A DNA stretch of 64,000 nt from Blastocystis sp. Blastoise (GCA_039096225.1 JBBPEB010000014.1:1426001-1490000); one strand, 5' to 3'; shown: positions 43,648 through 58,829, counted from the first letter of the stretch. Numbers and translations: made by a program. Notes: generated from the sequence alone by a model not told the origin.

Positions 43648-44561
43648 GGTGACAAAAATTAATAAAACAATAGAATTTAATGATATTTTAAATATCAACT
43701 TTAAAAAAGAGTTTCGTTTTGTTCTTGGGAATAATCACGGTTTCTCTTGATTCTTTAAGTTATTTTTAAAAATAATATTGATGCTCTAAAATATCTTTTG
43801 TAGATACTGATATACTAGTTAATGTGAATATTTATCTCTAGACATCACTTGGTTGAAGACCTCATAGCGATCTTTTTTCATATACAAACAAATGATCAAT
43901 GATACTTTTGTTGCCCATGTTTTATTGAAAGAATTCTGTATTTATATATGCTAGAAACTATTATAGTATTTGATTCCTATTCAAATATTTGGACAAAAGC
44001 TAAAAAAAGTGTAGATAATAGAGTATCTATATTTACAAATTTATATTATTGATATGTCGCTTCTGAATGTGGACGCTATCACACAGCCTTCAGAACTTGG
44101 CTAGAATAAGAATAAGAATAAACTGATTTTTGATCCAAGTTTGAGTTAATTCTATAATTTAGTTGACTTAAATAATATAATTTGACTGCTCATATACTTA
44201 TAGATTCAATAAATTATTTTATATATATTTTAATGAAATGTAAAGTTAAATGAAAACAATATCAAAAAAAAGATAAAAAATCATAAAAATAATTGTTTTT
44301 TAAATGATAATTTATAATAAATTATTATTTAAAGCAACACTCTAGATAGAAAATTCATAATTATCAATGTGTGTCTATAGCGCATATAATATATTCATTT
44401 CAATATAACACATTTAAAAGAAAATATATATATACACCCTAAAATGTATAGAAAAAAAAATCAGCAACAATATATATAGCAACAACATAATTTATAAACG
44501 ATTTTAATATATTCAATATGCATATACATATATAAGAAATATAATTATTGAAATCGTTTAT

Positions 44562-44768
44562 TTATATAATTTTGGCAAATCGAAGAATCTGTGTTTCTTT
44601 TCTTTTCGATTGTAGTTTTATTAGGAATTGAGTTTGAGTCTACTTTTTCTATTATTTCATCTACTATAAAATACATAAAGTAGTATAAGATAAATAATCA
44701 ATAAATAAATATTCATAAAAATAAATAAAAACATAAAATTAAAAAAAAAAAAACAGTGTACTAAATCC

Positions 44769-44825
<57 letters not shown>

Positions 44826-45578
44826 AATAACAATATACGAATCATTTCTGTTTCTGATATCAAGGTGTCTAAAGAAGCTCTTGTTGTCAGTTTATCGTCT
44901 ATTATTTGAGAATATAATTTATCATTTTCCTACAAAAATATATTATATAAATAAATATATACATATATATTTCTAGACTACTATGAAAACAATACAGAAT
45001 ATATATACTTTATAAAATTGATATCGTTGTCGATTTTCATGAAGTGTTTCTAATGATTTTTGAAGTGATTCTCTAACTCTCATATATTCTTTTGCATCAT
45101 CACCTAAATAATGACAAATAAAGAATGATAACAAATGAAGAAAACAATTTACTATTTTCAGGAATGATTGGAAAGAACTCTAAAAGGTTTTCCTAATATT
45201 AAGAGATACATAGAGATAGAGTTGTGATAATAAAATAATGAAATTAAAGAAATACTGAAGTAATTGTGTTTGGTAAAGCAATTTCTGGATTCAGAGAAGA
45301 GTATTTTTGTTGTAATTGTCTTATATAATCTTGTAATTGTAGAGGAGATATGTTTTCCTGCATTTTTTTCTTTAATAATTGCGAAAAACTGAGTTGAGAT
45401 GTTCTTAAAACACTTCCAGGTATTGTTCCACTATGTAAAAGATGACTTGAACCTTTTTAATATAAAAATACCTTTCAAATTCTTCAGACACGATTGGTTG
45501 TAATTGAATGATTTCAGTGATTTCTTTTAAATTCTTTTCAATATCTGATAATAAATCCTGATCTTGGAATAAAGACAT
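44562..45578 (-). CDS. Hypothetical helical protein, multi-exon
   Basis: MSLFQDQDLLSDIEKNLKEITEIIQLQPIVSEEFE..., short GT-AG introns, last exon ...ETQILRFAKII*. Confidence 0.65.
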
Positions 45579-45844
45579 TGTATTCCACCGTAAACTAAAA
45601 TAAATACTTTTTTTAATTAAAAAGAAGAATTTAAAAATAAACAAAATTTTGTTTTTTTTATTTATTATTCATTTGTTTTTATATTATCATGTTTCTTTAT
45701 ATATATATAGATAAATTAAATGAAACAAAACCATCTTTCAAACTAAATTAGATATTCAAAGAAATAAAATAACATCAAATAAAAGAAACTGAAAAGGTAA
45801 CAATATATATATATATTTCTATGAAGAAATATCGTGTCTATAAA

Positions 45845-47393
45845 TTATTTAAAAAATAAGTTTGAGAGTCACAATAATAGCAACTATAATCACAAAAATA
45901 AGAACTATAAGAAGAATTAAATTTCTACATTTCTTATTTGTTTTATTTTGATATTGACTAGCAGTCTATATATAATAATTTATAAGTTTTATAATAGATA
46001 TAGATATATAATAATACTATCGAAAACAATAAACAAAACAAAAAACGTATATATAATATAATATATATATACAAGAAGAGTACGGACACCTTGTTGAGTA
46101 TTTTGAGAAGCTTTTTCAGTGTTATTTTCTAAGGTATCTATAGATCAAATAAAAATATAGAATATATTTATGTTTAAAGAGATGAATAGAGTTTAGAATC
46201 ATTAAAATTATAAATATATATATAGATAGAACATATATATAGATATATAGAACATATACTAACCATTTCGCCTTGATCGTTAACAATTTGTGCCAAGTCT
46301 CTGAAAGCAATATTCACTTCTTGTAATTCACTAGTAATCTTTGATATATCCTCATGTCTCTCACGAATCAATAATTCATTATATTGTAAATTCGCTTCAT
46401 TATTGTTATTCACTTTATTAAAACTTTCTTCAACAGCCTGTGGATCCAAATATATAGCACTATAGAAGATAATCATAATTAATATAATAACAATAATAAA
46501 TATATTAATAATAAATATATAATAAAATAATAAAATAATAAAATAATAAAATAATAAAATAATAATAAAATAATAAAATAATAAAATAATAAAATAATAA
46601 AATAATAAAATAATAAAATAATAAAATAATAAAATAATAAAATAATAAAATAATAAAATAATAAAATAATAAAATAATAAAATAATAAAATAATAAAATA
46701 AATATAATAATAAAATAATAAAATAATAAAATAAATATAATAATAAAATAAAATAATAAATAAAATAAAATTAACAAAAATAAATAATCTAATAAATACG
46801 GTAATTGAGGTGCATTATCGTGCATATATTCATTAATACGATCTTTATGATCTTTAAACATAGATATATATCGTTCACGAGAACGACGTAAGTTAGAAAT
46901 AGTCTTTAAATTCTCTCTCTATATATATATACATGTGATTATAATAATAATTATCTTTTTATTGAATACGAAATAATCATTAACACTATATTAACTAAAA
47001 TAGATACAACTTCAGATTTATTAGGATTCGCACGAGTTGACTTTTCAAGCTCATTCAATTGATTATCCATCTTATTAAACATATTATCTAAATCACGAAT
47101 TGATTTTTCTCTATTTATATATGAATAAGACAAATGACAAAATAAAATAATTCTTTATCATATTCTAAAATATAGAATCAAACATACAACTCATTTCTCA
47201 ATACTCTATTATCCGTTTTACTTCCTAAACCTTGAGACATTTGAGATAATTCCTTAATTTTTGTATCAGCATCCTTTAAATCAAGTTCAATATCATCGAA
47301 AGAAGAGGAAACCTGATTCTCTGGTTGAGTCTTATTGAAACCAAAACGTTGAGGTCTGTTAACAGAAGGAGCAGTAGCAAATTGCTTATCCAT
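45845..47393 (-). CDS. Qa-SNARE syntaxin (endosomal syntaxin 7/12 / Pep12-like)
   Basis: LGSKTDNRVLRNEL Habc region, SNARE motif IRERHEDISKITSELQEVNIAFRDLAQIVNDQGEM, C-terminal TM helix. Confidence 0.88.
46505..46770. repeat. Intronic (AATAATAA)n array
   Basis: Direct reading. Confidence 0.85.
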
Positions 47394-47635
47394 ATCAATA
47401 AAAAAATTAATATAACAATAAAAGATCGTTAATTAACATTAAAAAAATGTTTCATGACTGCATCTCAATACAATACTCGACAAAAACCCGATTGCGAAAT
47501 GTGTTTACTGACTGAATATATCTGAATACAATTGAAATGAAGTATTTGTTTTCATCTTGATTTGTTCCATAGATTGTTCAAGAAAGTATTTCAAATATCT
47601 AGAAATCAACATTAATTGTCTAGATATACTGATTA

Positions 47636-49169
47636 ATGAATCAATCATATCCTTTGAAAGAGTTATGTAAATTTGATACGCTTTTTCATGTCGATAAAAA
47701 CACTTCCGACTTGATACCAAGGTTCTATCAATTGGATGAAACAACTCAACAACAAGTATTGAGTAGTATTATTTGTTTTGAGAATCTATATTCCATATCT
47801 GATATCATTGAATTCTATAATGTATGTTCCTCATTCTCAGAGAAACATGATTATCAATATATCTTTAAAACAATATATCAAAAATACTTGAATGACAATG
47901 ACAAGTCCTCCTTTTATCGTCAAAATAATGTATTTATATATTATTTAATTTGACTGTGGCTAAATTTTTTGTTACCTTTTATTTTTTTTCTACTTTTAGA
48001 ACTATTTTATATTCAATTTTATTTCTATAATATTCATTATACTATTGATTCTATATAGTCGGTATATAATGAACAAGATGAGATTTATGTTGATAGTTAT
48101 ACACATTATTATATCCCTTATGAATATATAAATATTAATGATAAAGAAGAGAATGAAACCATAAATCAAAACTCTTCAATTAATATATCATTAGAAATAT
48201 CAAATACACAAGGTATATAAATATGTATAATTCATGTATAAAAGATTTTGTATTTTATTCATTATTTATTTATTTATTATTATTATTTTATTTATTATTA
48301 TTATTTTATTTATTATTTTATTTATTATTATATTTATTATTATATTTATTATTATATTTATTATTATTATTATTATTATTATATATTTAGAAGATTCTCA
48401 AAAGAGTGAAATGACTACAAATGTATGTCTATATATAACAAGCAAATATATATATATATATATATAATAGATTAAAGATATGGTTGATAAATATATACAT
48501 TATTGTGAAGACAATTCAGATACTAAAGAGGATTTTAATCAGTTATATCAAATCATAGTTCAGCAGGTATATATTGATGAATTATTATTATTATTATTAT
48601 TATTATTTATTATTATTTTATATTTATTTTATTTTACTTATTGTACTCACTATTATATATATTAATGTTTATACTATATATATAATTACATTCTATAAAT
48701 GGTTAGTCAGATCTTTATTCTCAGTATTTTCCACTTCTTCAAATTCAAAACTGGTCCGAAGATAAGATATATGAATATAAGGAGTATATACTGTAATTTA
48801 ATTCTTTTCTATATATATATATATTTATATAATCTCATATAGACTTTTTTCCTTTTAATATCTAGTTAACTGTTATCTTATTGTTATTTTATATATTTAT
48901 ATAGACTGCTATTTATTCCTTCTCTCTCTGAACAACAGTTACAATTACTTATGGATAAGATATTAATGGAAAAAGTAATTCTTTTTTATTTATCTGTTTT
49001 CTTTTTAATAATAACTCACATTCACTATTTATTTGCTTATTATAAGACTATTATCGTTATTCTATTGAATTTATTTTTAGTTATTTAATTTATTATTTAT
49101 ATGTATTCATTTATATACTAATTTATTAATGTATTTATTAATTAATTAATATATGTTAGTTAGTTTATT

Positions 49170-49200
<31 letters not shown>

Positions 49201-49955
49201 GATTCAAATGTGTACTACTCTCGTATCTCGTTCATTATTCCTTATTCTCAATTATTCATATACATATAATCCATCAGTATATAATGTGATTCTCATTATT
49301 CATATTTTACATATAGAAATATTATATAATTATTATATCTACATTAGTATTTTATTTCTTCATTTTTTATTCCTCTTGTCATGTCACCTCAACCTTCATC
49401 TATTATTCAAGAAGTATTTATATATATAATTATATATATATAATTATATATTATAATCATTTCATAGCTTATTTTAAGAACAATAAAAGAATGCATTCAA
49501 CAAAATATGATTGAATATTTTATACAACAAGTATATATACTTATCTCTTCTGCATCTATATATATTTCATTTATATATCGAGTCAACTTTATTTTTTTTA
49601 GTATATATCATTATCAATTCCTCAAACATTATTCTCTTTACAAATATTATCTGCTCTATTTAATAAAGCTACTATTTCAACACCTACAATAATTCATGAA
49701 CTATGTATATATCTTCAAAAAGGTTCCTATCTATCTATATTCCAAAATGATTTTCAGTTTTATAAACTACTTCTTCTTTTTCTTAAGAAATATTCAAAAA
49801 ATGTATATATTTTTTTTTAATTATATTTTGTACATTATAATTCTTTATATATATATCTATAGTTATCAAATGAAAAAGAAATATTTTTAGATATTATGAA
49901 GAGATGTACGAAATTTATTGAAAAACCACTTTTAAAATTTATTCAATCTCTTTAA
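47636..49955 (+). CDS. Hypothetical alpha-helical protein, multi-exon
   Basis: ATG at 47636, a series of GT-AG-bounded exons, last exon ...EKPLLKFIQSL*. Confidence 0.6.
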
Positions 49956-50222
49956 ACTATATGATATTAACTTTAGTGTTTTGAATAGAATTGATATCAT
50001 ATATCCTAATATATGTTTTCTTAACAATAATAATAAACAAAACTAATGATATCATCATTGTAAAACATTCTTTAATGAATAACAGAAATAAACAATAAAA
50101 AAAAACGACAAGAAAATAAAAAGTCTGGAAACAATAAAAAAAAAATAATTAAAGAGCAATACATAATATATGAATAAATAAATATATATATATATATAAT
50201 ATAAATAAAAAACAATATGTAT

Positions 50223-51550
50223 TTAGTTACGATTAAATGGATTACCAAATGAAAAGTTATTATTATTATTATTATTATTATTTGAAGACATATTTGAATT
50301 TGTATTAATATTATTAGGATTTAATCCAAATGTAAATGACGTAGTCGAAGCATTTGTTCCTATTGAAGAATTATTATTCATATTATTATTCATATTATTA
50401 TTATTCATATTATTATTGTTTTGACCAAAAGTAAATGGGTTTTGTAATGAATTTGTTGATGAATTCCAACTACCATTTATAGAATGACTATTATTATTAT
50501 TCATATTATTATTCATATTATTATTCATATTATTATTTGAATTACCAAAAGTGAATGTAGAAGGTGTAGAAGTAGTATTATTTGATTCATTGAGAGACAT
50601 AGACTTTACAGATCCAAATTTAAATACACCTTGTTTATTATTATTATTCATATTATTATTATTTAATATAGGTGGTGTAGTTAAAGAATTATTTAAAGTA
50701 TTAAGAGAAAAAGATGACGCAGCACCTCCAAATACAAAGCTTGAAGAAGATGAGGTTGAACCAAAAGTATTAGTATTATTAGTAGTAGTAGTATTTCTAT
50801 TACCAAAACTATTTGTAGAATTGAATTTATTATTTTTCTTTGTATTTATTCCAAAGTTATTATCTGTAGTTGCAAATAATGAAGTAGATTTAGTAGTAGT
50901 AGTCGTTGCAAATGGGTTCTTAAGATTAGAAAAAATAGTAGTAGTATTATTATTATTAGAAATAGTATTAGTATTGGCAGATGTAGCTGGTGTGTCCATA
51001 TCGATATCCATAGCATCTTCTTTATCAACAGTCATTGACATATCATTATTATTATTACTATTCATATCATTACTATGAAGAGGATATATATCACTCTTAA
51101 AATAACTATTATTAGTTCCAAAAGGATTAGGTATAGAATTTAATAAAGGTGTACCTGTTTTTGTAGTAGTAGCAGAAGTGGTATTCTTATCAAAACTAAA
51201 GATAGCATTAGGAGTTTGTTTTCCATTAATACCAATAGATTGTTGAATAGATGAAGGCATAGAAGGGAAATTAAATATACTTGGTTTTTGTATATTATTA
51301 TTATCTTTATTATTATTATTGTCTTTATTATTATTATTATCGTTATTATCTTTATTATTATCTTTATTATTAAAAGGTACTTGATTAGAACTAAATAATG
51401 TATTTGATGGCTTAGGATCATCTTTCACTTGAATATTTGAATAAGATTCATTTTCATGTTTAGAAAAAGGAGAAATATTTAAGGATGGCTTGATAGTAGA
51501 AGTTGAGGACTCTATAGTACTTTTCTCATTATCCTTATTTTCTTTATTAA

Positions 51551-51585
<35 letters not shown>

Positions 51586-54356
51586 ACAGTAGTATCATCT
51601 TTATTAGTCATATTACTTTTAAGATTAGAAAAAGAAGCCATTTGTTCTGATTGAAGAGACAAAGAAGGTTTAACATTAAATTGGAATATATTATTCTTTG
51701 AATGTTCTTTTTGTTGTTCTCTATATATAGCATTAATTTCAGGATTACTAGCAGCTTTATTAATAGCATCTATATCAAAAACTTTAGGTTTTTTATTATT
51801 TAAATCTATTTTGGGAGTAGAATTTAAAATAAGTTTATCATCTGATTCTATAAACTTCTTTTTAGGAGTAAAAAGAGAATTAGGTTTAGAAGAAATCTCT
51901 TTAGGCTGGTCTTGTTGAGCTAATGATTGTGTCTCAATATCCGCGGGAATATCAGCAGCATAACGTTTAACTGTAGGTTGAGGACCTAATATTTTATTTA
52001 AATACTCATTATATTTCTATAAGGAACAGATATATTAGATATATCATGATTAGGATTATATATATAATATTTATAGACAATTATTATATTTATATCAAAC
52101 TATATACATTAATAACGTTAGTACAAATAGAATAAGGATTTCTTTCACATTGTTCATTTAAATACTTTACAAAATCACGATTTAATATTCTTATTTTACT
52201 ATATATATATATATATGATGAAGAAAAAAATCAGAAGATAAAAATAATAATAAAAAAATAATATAGATATAGATATAGACATAGAAAGATTTATAAAAAA
52301 ATAAAAAAAAACAATAATAATATGAAGACTTCTTATGATAATGAATTCATACAGTAATTGTTCCTTTTTAACTTCAATGTCATTTACAGAATTTTGTACT
52401 ATATATAATAGTTATAAAATAAATAAAAAGAATATAATAGATGTATATACCTTTAGAAATAGTATTCTTTGTATGAGTAGAAGAATTCTTTTCTGTAGTT
52501 GTCATCTGTTGAGTAGAAGAGATAGGATTATCTGCAGGTAATATACTTATAGTATTTGTACCTTGAGAAACACATGAATCTTTTGTTAATGTTGATATTA
52601 CAGTTTTATCAAGTAAAGAAGTTGAAGTAACAGAAGTATTATCAGTAGAATTGGGTTTTGTAGCATTATTTTCTTTAGTATCTTTAGGTTCATTACTTAT
52701 ATTCTTATCTTTAGTATCCTTACTCTTATCATCTTCATTTTTAGTAGTACTAAAAATAGATGTATTCCCATTAAATCCTTTTAATACAGATTCATTAGTC
52801 TCTTTAGTAGTATCATTATTCTTTACAGTATTCAGAGAGAAACCACCAACAAGATTATTATTATCTTTATTTTCTTCTTTCTTAGAAACACCAAATGAGA
52901 AAGGAGAAGTAGTTTTCTTTTCTTCAGTAATATCATCTTTTTTAGTAATACCAAATGAGAAAGGAGAAGGTTTCTTATTCTCTTTATCATCATCTTTCTT
53001 AGTGGTACCAAATGAGAAAGGAGAAGAAGAAGCTATTTTATTATCATCATCTTTTTTAGTAGTACCAAACGAGAAAGGAGAAGGTTTCTTATTCTCTTTA
53101 TCATCATCTTTTTTAGTAGTACCAAATGAAAAAGGAGAAGAAGAAGCTATTTTATTATCATCATCTTTCTTAGTGGTACCAAATGAAAAAGGAGAAGAAG
53201 AAGTTGTTTTATTCTCATTTTTTTTGTCATCATTGTTAGTAGTACCAAATGAAAAAGGAGAAGTTACTTTATTATCGTTACTATCATCTTTCTTAGTGGT
53301 ACCAAATGTGAAAGGAGTTACTTTATTATCGTTATTATTATCTTTCTTAGTAGTACCAAATGAGAAAGGAGAAGAAGAAGTAGTTTTATTATCGTTATCA
53401 TTTTTATCATCATCTTTTTTAGTAGTACCAAATGTAAAAGGAGAAGCTACTTTATTATCTTTATTTTCATTTTTATTTTCATCTTTATTTGTGGTCCCAA
53501 ATGAGAAAGCAGAACTAGTTTTATTATCATCTTTATTTGAAGTACCGAAAGAAAAAGGAGAAGAAGATTTATTCGTATCATTATTATTATCGTCTTTCTT
53601 AGCAACACCAAATGAAAAAGGAGAAGCTATTTTATTATCTTTATTATCATCTTTCTTAGTGGCACCAAATGAAAAAGGAGAAGCTACTTTATTCTCTTTA
53701 TTATCATCTTTCTTAGTGGTACCAAATGAAAAAGGAGAAGCTACTTTATTCTCTTTATTATCATCTTTATTTGTGGTACCAAATGAAAAAGGAGAAGCTA
53801 CTTTATTATCGTTATTATTATCTTTGTTAGTGGTACCAAATGAAAAAGGAGAAGCTGTTGCTACATAGAATGAAAATCAAATAAAAAATATTATAAAGTG
53901 AACGTAACTAACGAGAAAATATGTTTATTTATATTCTTCAAATAAATATATATATGTACTTGTTGTTGAATCACTCGTAAACATTCTCTTCGTTTTATTA
54001 TTAATAGAAACGTTGGTAGAATCCATCGATGAATCTGTTGTTTCTTTTGTTTGATGCTTAGATCTATTAAAAGCATCCATTCCATCAAATTTTGGCTTTG
54101 GGAAATCAGGTACGTCATCAAATTGACTTAAATTGGATGCTTTGGGTTTTCTTGTTTCTAAACAATGATATGGAAACAAATAAAATATATATAATCAAAC
54201 AAACATACTATTTCTTCTCTCTCCCCAAGCAGAGAAATTCAACTTTTTGAAATCATTTGATTTAGCACCATTTGATGATTGAGTAGAATCATTTTTGCCC
54301 ATAGAATCGTCATTAGGACCTACAAATCGGTCGGTATCGTCGTATCTCTTAGACAT
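50223..54356 (-). CDS. FxFG-repeat nucleoporin, nuclear-basket type (Nup2/Nup50-like helix)
   Basis: ~17 SPFSFGTTKKDD-type repeats (52880-53850), KIRILNRDFVKYLNEQCERNPYSICTNVINKYNEYLNKI segment, Asn-rich FG tail ending FSFGNPFNRN*. Confidence 0.85.
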
Positions 54357-54778
54357 ATTTAGGTTTAAACACTTAGCAAACCTCTAATTAATAATATGAT
54401 TATCAAAAAAATTATTTATGATTTGTTTGAATTTTATGGTCATTTTTCTACTATTTCTCTAAATATTTTCAGTCGTGAATGAATACTGTATATCAACATA
54501 TTCATGCTAATTAGTATCATATATGGAGTATACGCATACGTCTATTCTGACTCTACCATTTTTTAGAATGAAAAAAATACATAATTTGATTAATGACAAT
54601 TTTGATTTGTTCATAAATGCGGTTTTGATAGTAAAAGAGAATGTAAAAGTGTTGCTGAAATTTAAAAAAAAAACGTTTTAAATACAAATTGTAACAAAAT
54701 AAATGACACATACGAACGAAAAACCCATTAATACATAGAAAATAGAGAAATAGATTAGAAAAGAGAATATCTGAATGA

Positions 54779-57556
54779 TTAAATGAGTAAAGAATTGACA
54801 ACTTCTTTAACATTAATTTTCTTGAGATTTGTATATTTTTGGCCAGTACCAACAAAGATAATAGGACAGTTTGTTGTATAAACCATCGAGAGAGCAGCAC
54901 CTACCTTATCATCAATTGTATCAAATTTTGTTAATATAATACCATCAATTAATCTAGGATTATCAATATCACTGAGATTTTGTAAAGCTTTATTGAATTC
55001 TACAAGTTGGTCAACTCCGTCATTTCCCACGAGAGCTTCACCTACAAACACGACAAAATCAGGACTATTTTGATTGACTAATTTCACGAGAGAACGCATT
55101 AATCGTTCATTATTTTGCATTCTTCCAGCTGTATCTATAAGAACAACATCAATACCATTTGATTGAGCATATCTATAAACATATAATAGAATTCATAAAT
55201 AATTTTAACTTTATAGAAAAAAAAACGTTTATAATGAAAAGTAATTTATGTATATATATATATATACTTGAGTGCCATATTACAAACATCAGCAGGATCT
55301 TTTGCATATCCTATAATAATAATAATATATATAACTAACTTAAATATGTAAAGTAGAATAGAGTACAAAGTTCAATTATATATATTCATTATAATAGTAT
55401 AGAAAAAAATAGAACATAAATATATATAAATATATATATACCTCTTTCAAATAATTCGATATCAAGTCTATTTACATGAGTACGAAGTTGTTCCACGGCA
55501 CCTGAACGGAAAGTATCACAAGCAGCTATCATCAACTATATATAATATAGTATAGAGTATATAAAATACAAAAAATAAAATATAATAAAATAAAATAAAA
55601 TAAAATAAAATTTAATAAAATATAATATAATAGAATAAAATAACATAATATAATAATAAAAATAATATATATATTACCTTGAGTCCTTTACTTTTAAGGT
55701 AATAAGCTACTTTAGATAGAGATGTACTTTTACCAACTCCGTTTACACCACAAAATACAATACTATATACTTTACCTTGTTCCTTCTTCTTATAGATTTC
55801 ACGAAGTAAATCGAAATTACTTTTAGGAGTTAAAATACGATGTACAGAATCTTCTAAGGCATCACTAACAATAGTACTAATTCTATATATATAATAGTAA
55901 TCTATCATTTATAAATTATACTATATGATAAACATTATGACTATAGTGATTATTCTAATAATTATAATTATCATAATTATGCTTATATACCTAGTAAATC
56001 CTTCTACTTTTTGTCCTAATAACTTCTGTTTTACACTTTCTGTGATTTGACTAGCAATATCTATAGCAACATTCTTATCAATTAACTATATATATATAGA
56101 ATAAGATTCATTCATATTATATATAACAAGTAAAAATGAATAAAATATAAATAAATAATAAAAAACGTATATATAATCTATATATACTTTCTTCTTTAAA
56201 GTATCTAAAACAGGATCTATATCTGATTCTTGTAACGCATAATCCCCAGTAAAACGTTTGAAAAAGCCGCCAAAAAGTGAAGATCCCCATGAAGATGCAA
56301 CAGGCTCTATATTTACTTCCTTATCAACTTCACTATCATTCTAAATAAATAAAATAAATATATAATAAATATAATAAATATAATAAATATAATAAATATA
56401 TTAAATATATTAAATATAATAATAATTATAATTATAATTATAATTATAATAAATATAATAAATCTAATAAATAACAAAATAATCATAAATAATCATAAAT
56501 ATAATAAATAAAATAAATCTAATAAATATACAAAGTTATGAATGATATCTTCTTGTTTTTCTTCTCTAGGTTTCGATCTATCTAATGAATTGACATCTAC
56601 TTTCTCTTCTCCTTTTAAGGTAAACTTTGAAGATTTCACAGTTTCTTTCTTCTTAGTATCCTTATTGGAATTCATTTTCTTTGAAGATCCCTTCTTAATA
56701 GTCACTTTACCTATAAGTGGATTCATAAATAAAGAATCTTCTTCTTCTTCTTCTTCCTTTCCTTCTTCTTCTACTTTTTCAACATTTCTTTCAGATGAAG
56801 AATCTGAATCAGACTTTATATACATATATATAATATATATAATTCATAATATAAAAACTAAAAGAAATACAAATAATACAACATATATATATAAATTTAT
56901 TTAAAAATAAACGCATGTCGATAATTTAATAACAAATATATAAATAATAATATATATATTTACATTGACAATAGGCATTGGTTTTGATGCATTTATTGTC
57001 TATAGTTCGAATAAATAATAGAAAGAAATAGTATGAGAGAATAATAATAAACACTGAAAACATACAGGTTTCGACTTCTTATTTGCGTTTTCGAGTGTAT
57101 CTAAAATCGAACAAAAAGTAGAATCAAAATCAAATTCTTTACTATAAACATAAAATAATTATTTAAAAGCTATAGTATTATTATTATATATATACGGCTC
57201 AACAACAGGAAGTTCATCACGATAAAGATTAATAAATGTCTATATATATTATAAAAAAGTATTAAAAACATAATAATATTTATAGATATCCTTACTTGCT
57301 TAACTTTCTCAAGTAATTCATCAATGTAAGTCAATTGAAGAATCTTTTGATAGACAGCCACAAAAACAAGACCTAAATCATTAGCTAAATTCCACTTAAG
57401 AGCATAGGAATCATAAATGAATTCCTTAGAATCATTATGCTCTCCAAGTAGAACGTCGTGAATCAACTTATTGACAGGATTTCCTACAATTTCAAAGAAG
57501 GTTTTGGAATAAATGACAACACCAGTTGTCGTGAATATAAGAAATTGATCAAGCAT
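54779..57556 (-). CDS. SRPRA: Signal recognition particle receptor alpha subunit
   Basis: N-terminal SRX/longin [16 protein letters not shown], then [54 protein letters not shown]. Confidence 0.96.
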
Positions 57557-57827
57557 TCTCCTAGTGTCTTATTTCTAATTAATAATAACTTAAACAATAT
57601 TAGAACCTCTAATATTATTACAAAAAACAATTACAAAAATGTATGTCCTTTTTTAAGGGAATTTCCAACTTCATTCTTAACTTCTGTTATTCAATGTTTT
57701 TGTCATTTCTCATTCTTTTCACACTATTTCAGTATTAATCTGAAAGATATTTCAGATATCGAAACATTTTTTCTCTTTTTTTATTCTTATTCCACGACTA
57801 GTTTTCTTTTACTTTATTAAGTTTAAA

Positions 57828-58742
57828 ATGTCTTTAAGATTAGTTACTAAGCCTCTTGCACTTGTTCGCAATGTATTTATTCCTATTTCAATTTGTTATA
57901 AACATGTTTTTTTTTAGGTTGCTCGATGTAATACTGTTTTGATTCGTAGTTTTAGTGAAGATACCTATAAGCAAAAAGGTTTAACTCCTGAAATGATTGA
58001 GAAGATTAAGAGAAGAGATCACGATATTCGTGAAGAATATTATTCTTTAAATGGTCACTTTGATAATGTAGATGATCCTTCTCAAGGAAAAGTTACATAT
58101 GTATGATTTCTTTTATAATATACAAAAGTTATTGTTATATTTTTAATTATATATATATGTTTATTGTCATATATTTATATGTCTCCTCTAGACTGAAGCC
58201 TTTAGAAAGAGACTTGTTTTCCGTAGTAAACAAAGAGGTATGCTTGAAGTTGATTTACTTCTTGGTAAGTGGGCTACTGAATTTATATCTTTTAATAATT
58301 TTAAATATTTATAAATCTGTATAACTATTGTTATTCATCTTTATGATTTCTTTATCAACATATATATATGTATATTATTTTAAAGGTTCATGCTATCCTT
58401 AATATATTGACGTTCCTACTTTGAATCAAAAGGAATTAGATCAATATCAATTAATTCTTAATAGTGAAACTAATGATATATTTGCATGGATTACTTCTCG
58501 TTCTCCTGTTCCTCCGGTATATATAATAATAATAATAATATATATATATATTTATTTATATATAATAATAATAATGAAATTTCTTTTATAAAAAAATAAT
58601 AATATTTATTTTTAATACTTGTTATCCTTAGGAAATTGATTCTCCTGTCATGAAACGTATTCAGAAATGGGTTAAGTCTGCTCCTTTCGGTTATGCTGAT
58701 CCTAAGAAATATGCTGAAGAAAAGAAATTCTTCACTAATTAA
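57828..58742 (+). CDS. SDHAF2: Succinate dehydrogenase assembly factor 2 (Sdh5), with N-terminal targeting-like peptide
   Basis: RKRLVFRSKQRGMLEVDLLLGKWA (RGxxE motif), ELDQYQLILNSETNDIFAWIT. Includes an AT-AC intron at 58285-58411. Confidence 0.92.
58285..58411 (+). other. U12-type AT-AC minor-spliceosome intron
   Basis: Donor ATATCTTT, branch point TCCTTAAT (58396-58403), acceptor AC. Splicing gives WATEF|VPTLNQKEL. The nearby AG acceptor yields a stop in the required frame. Confidence 0.88.
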
Positions 58743-58821
58743 AGCATCAAGTTCTTTAGCTCATAATATCTTTTCGAATTTTTATTTTAGGAACGTTGTC
58801 CATCTGTTTATATAATTAATG

Positions 58822-58829
58822 TGTTTGTT
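58822..58829 (+). promoter_or_regulatory. TGTTTGTT downstream polyadenylation-type motif for SDHAF2
   Basis: Exact TGTTTGTT ~80 nt after the stop. This motif is known just downstream of poly(A) sites in Blastocystis; function here is inferred. Confidence 0.4.

Noticed and set aside
43790-44110. Possible small + strand gene (...IVFDSYSNIWTKAKK...YVASECGRYHTAFRTWLE*)
   Set aside because: Could not build a stop-free model with canonical splice sites. Left uncalled.
52651-53868. 405-aa + strand ORF with VVPNEKGE repeats (also 50551-51078 and 56542-56904)
   Set aside because: Antisense shadows of the FG nucleoporin and SRPRA exons on the minus strand.
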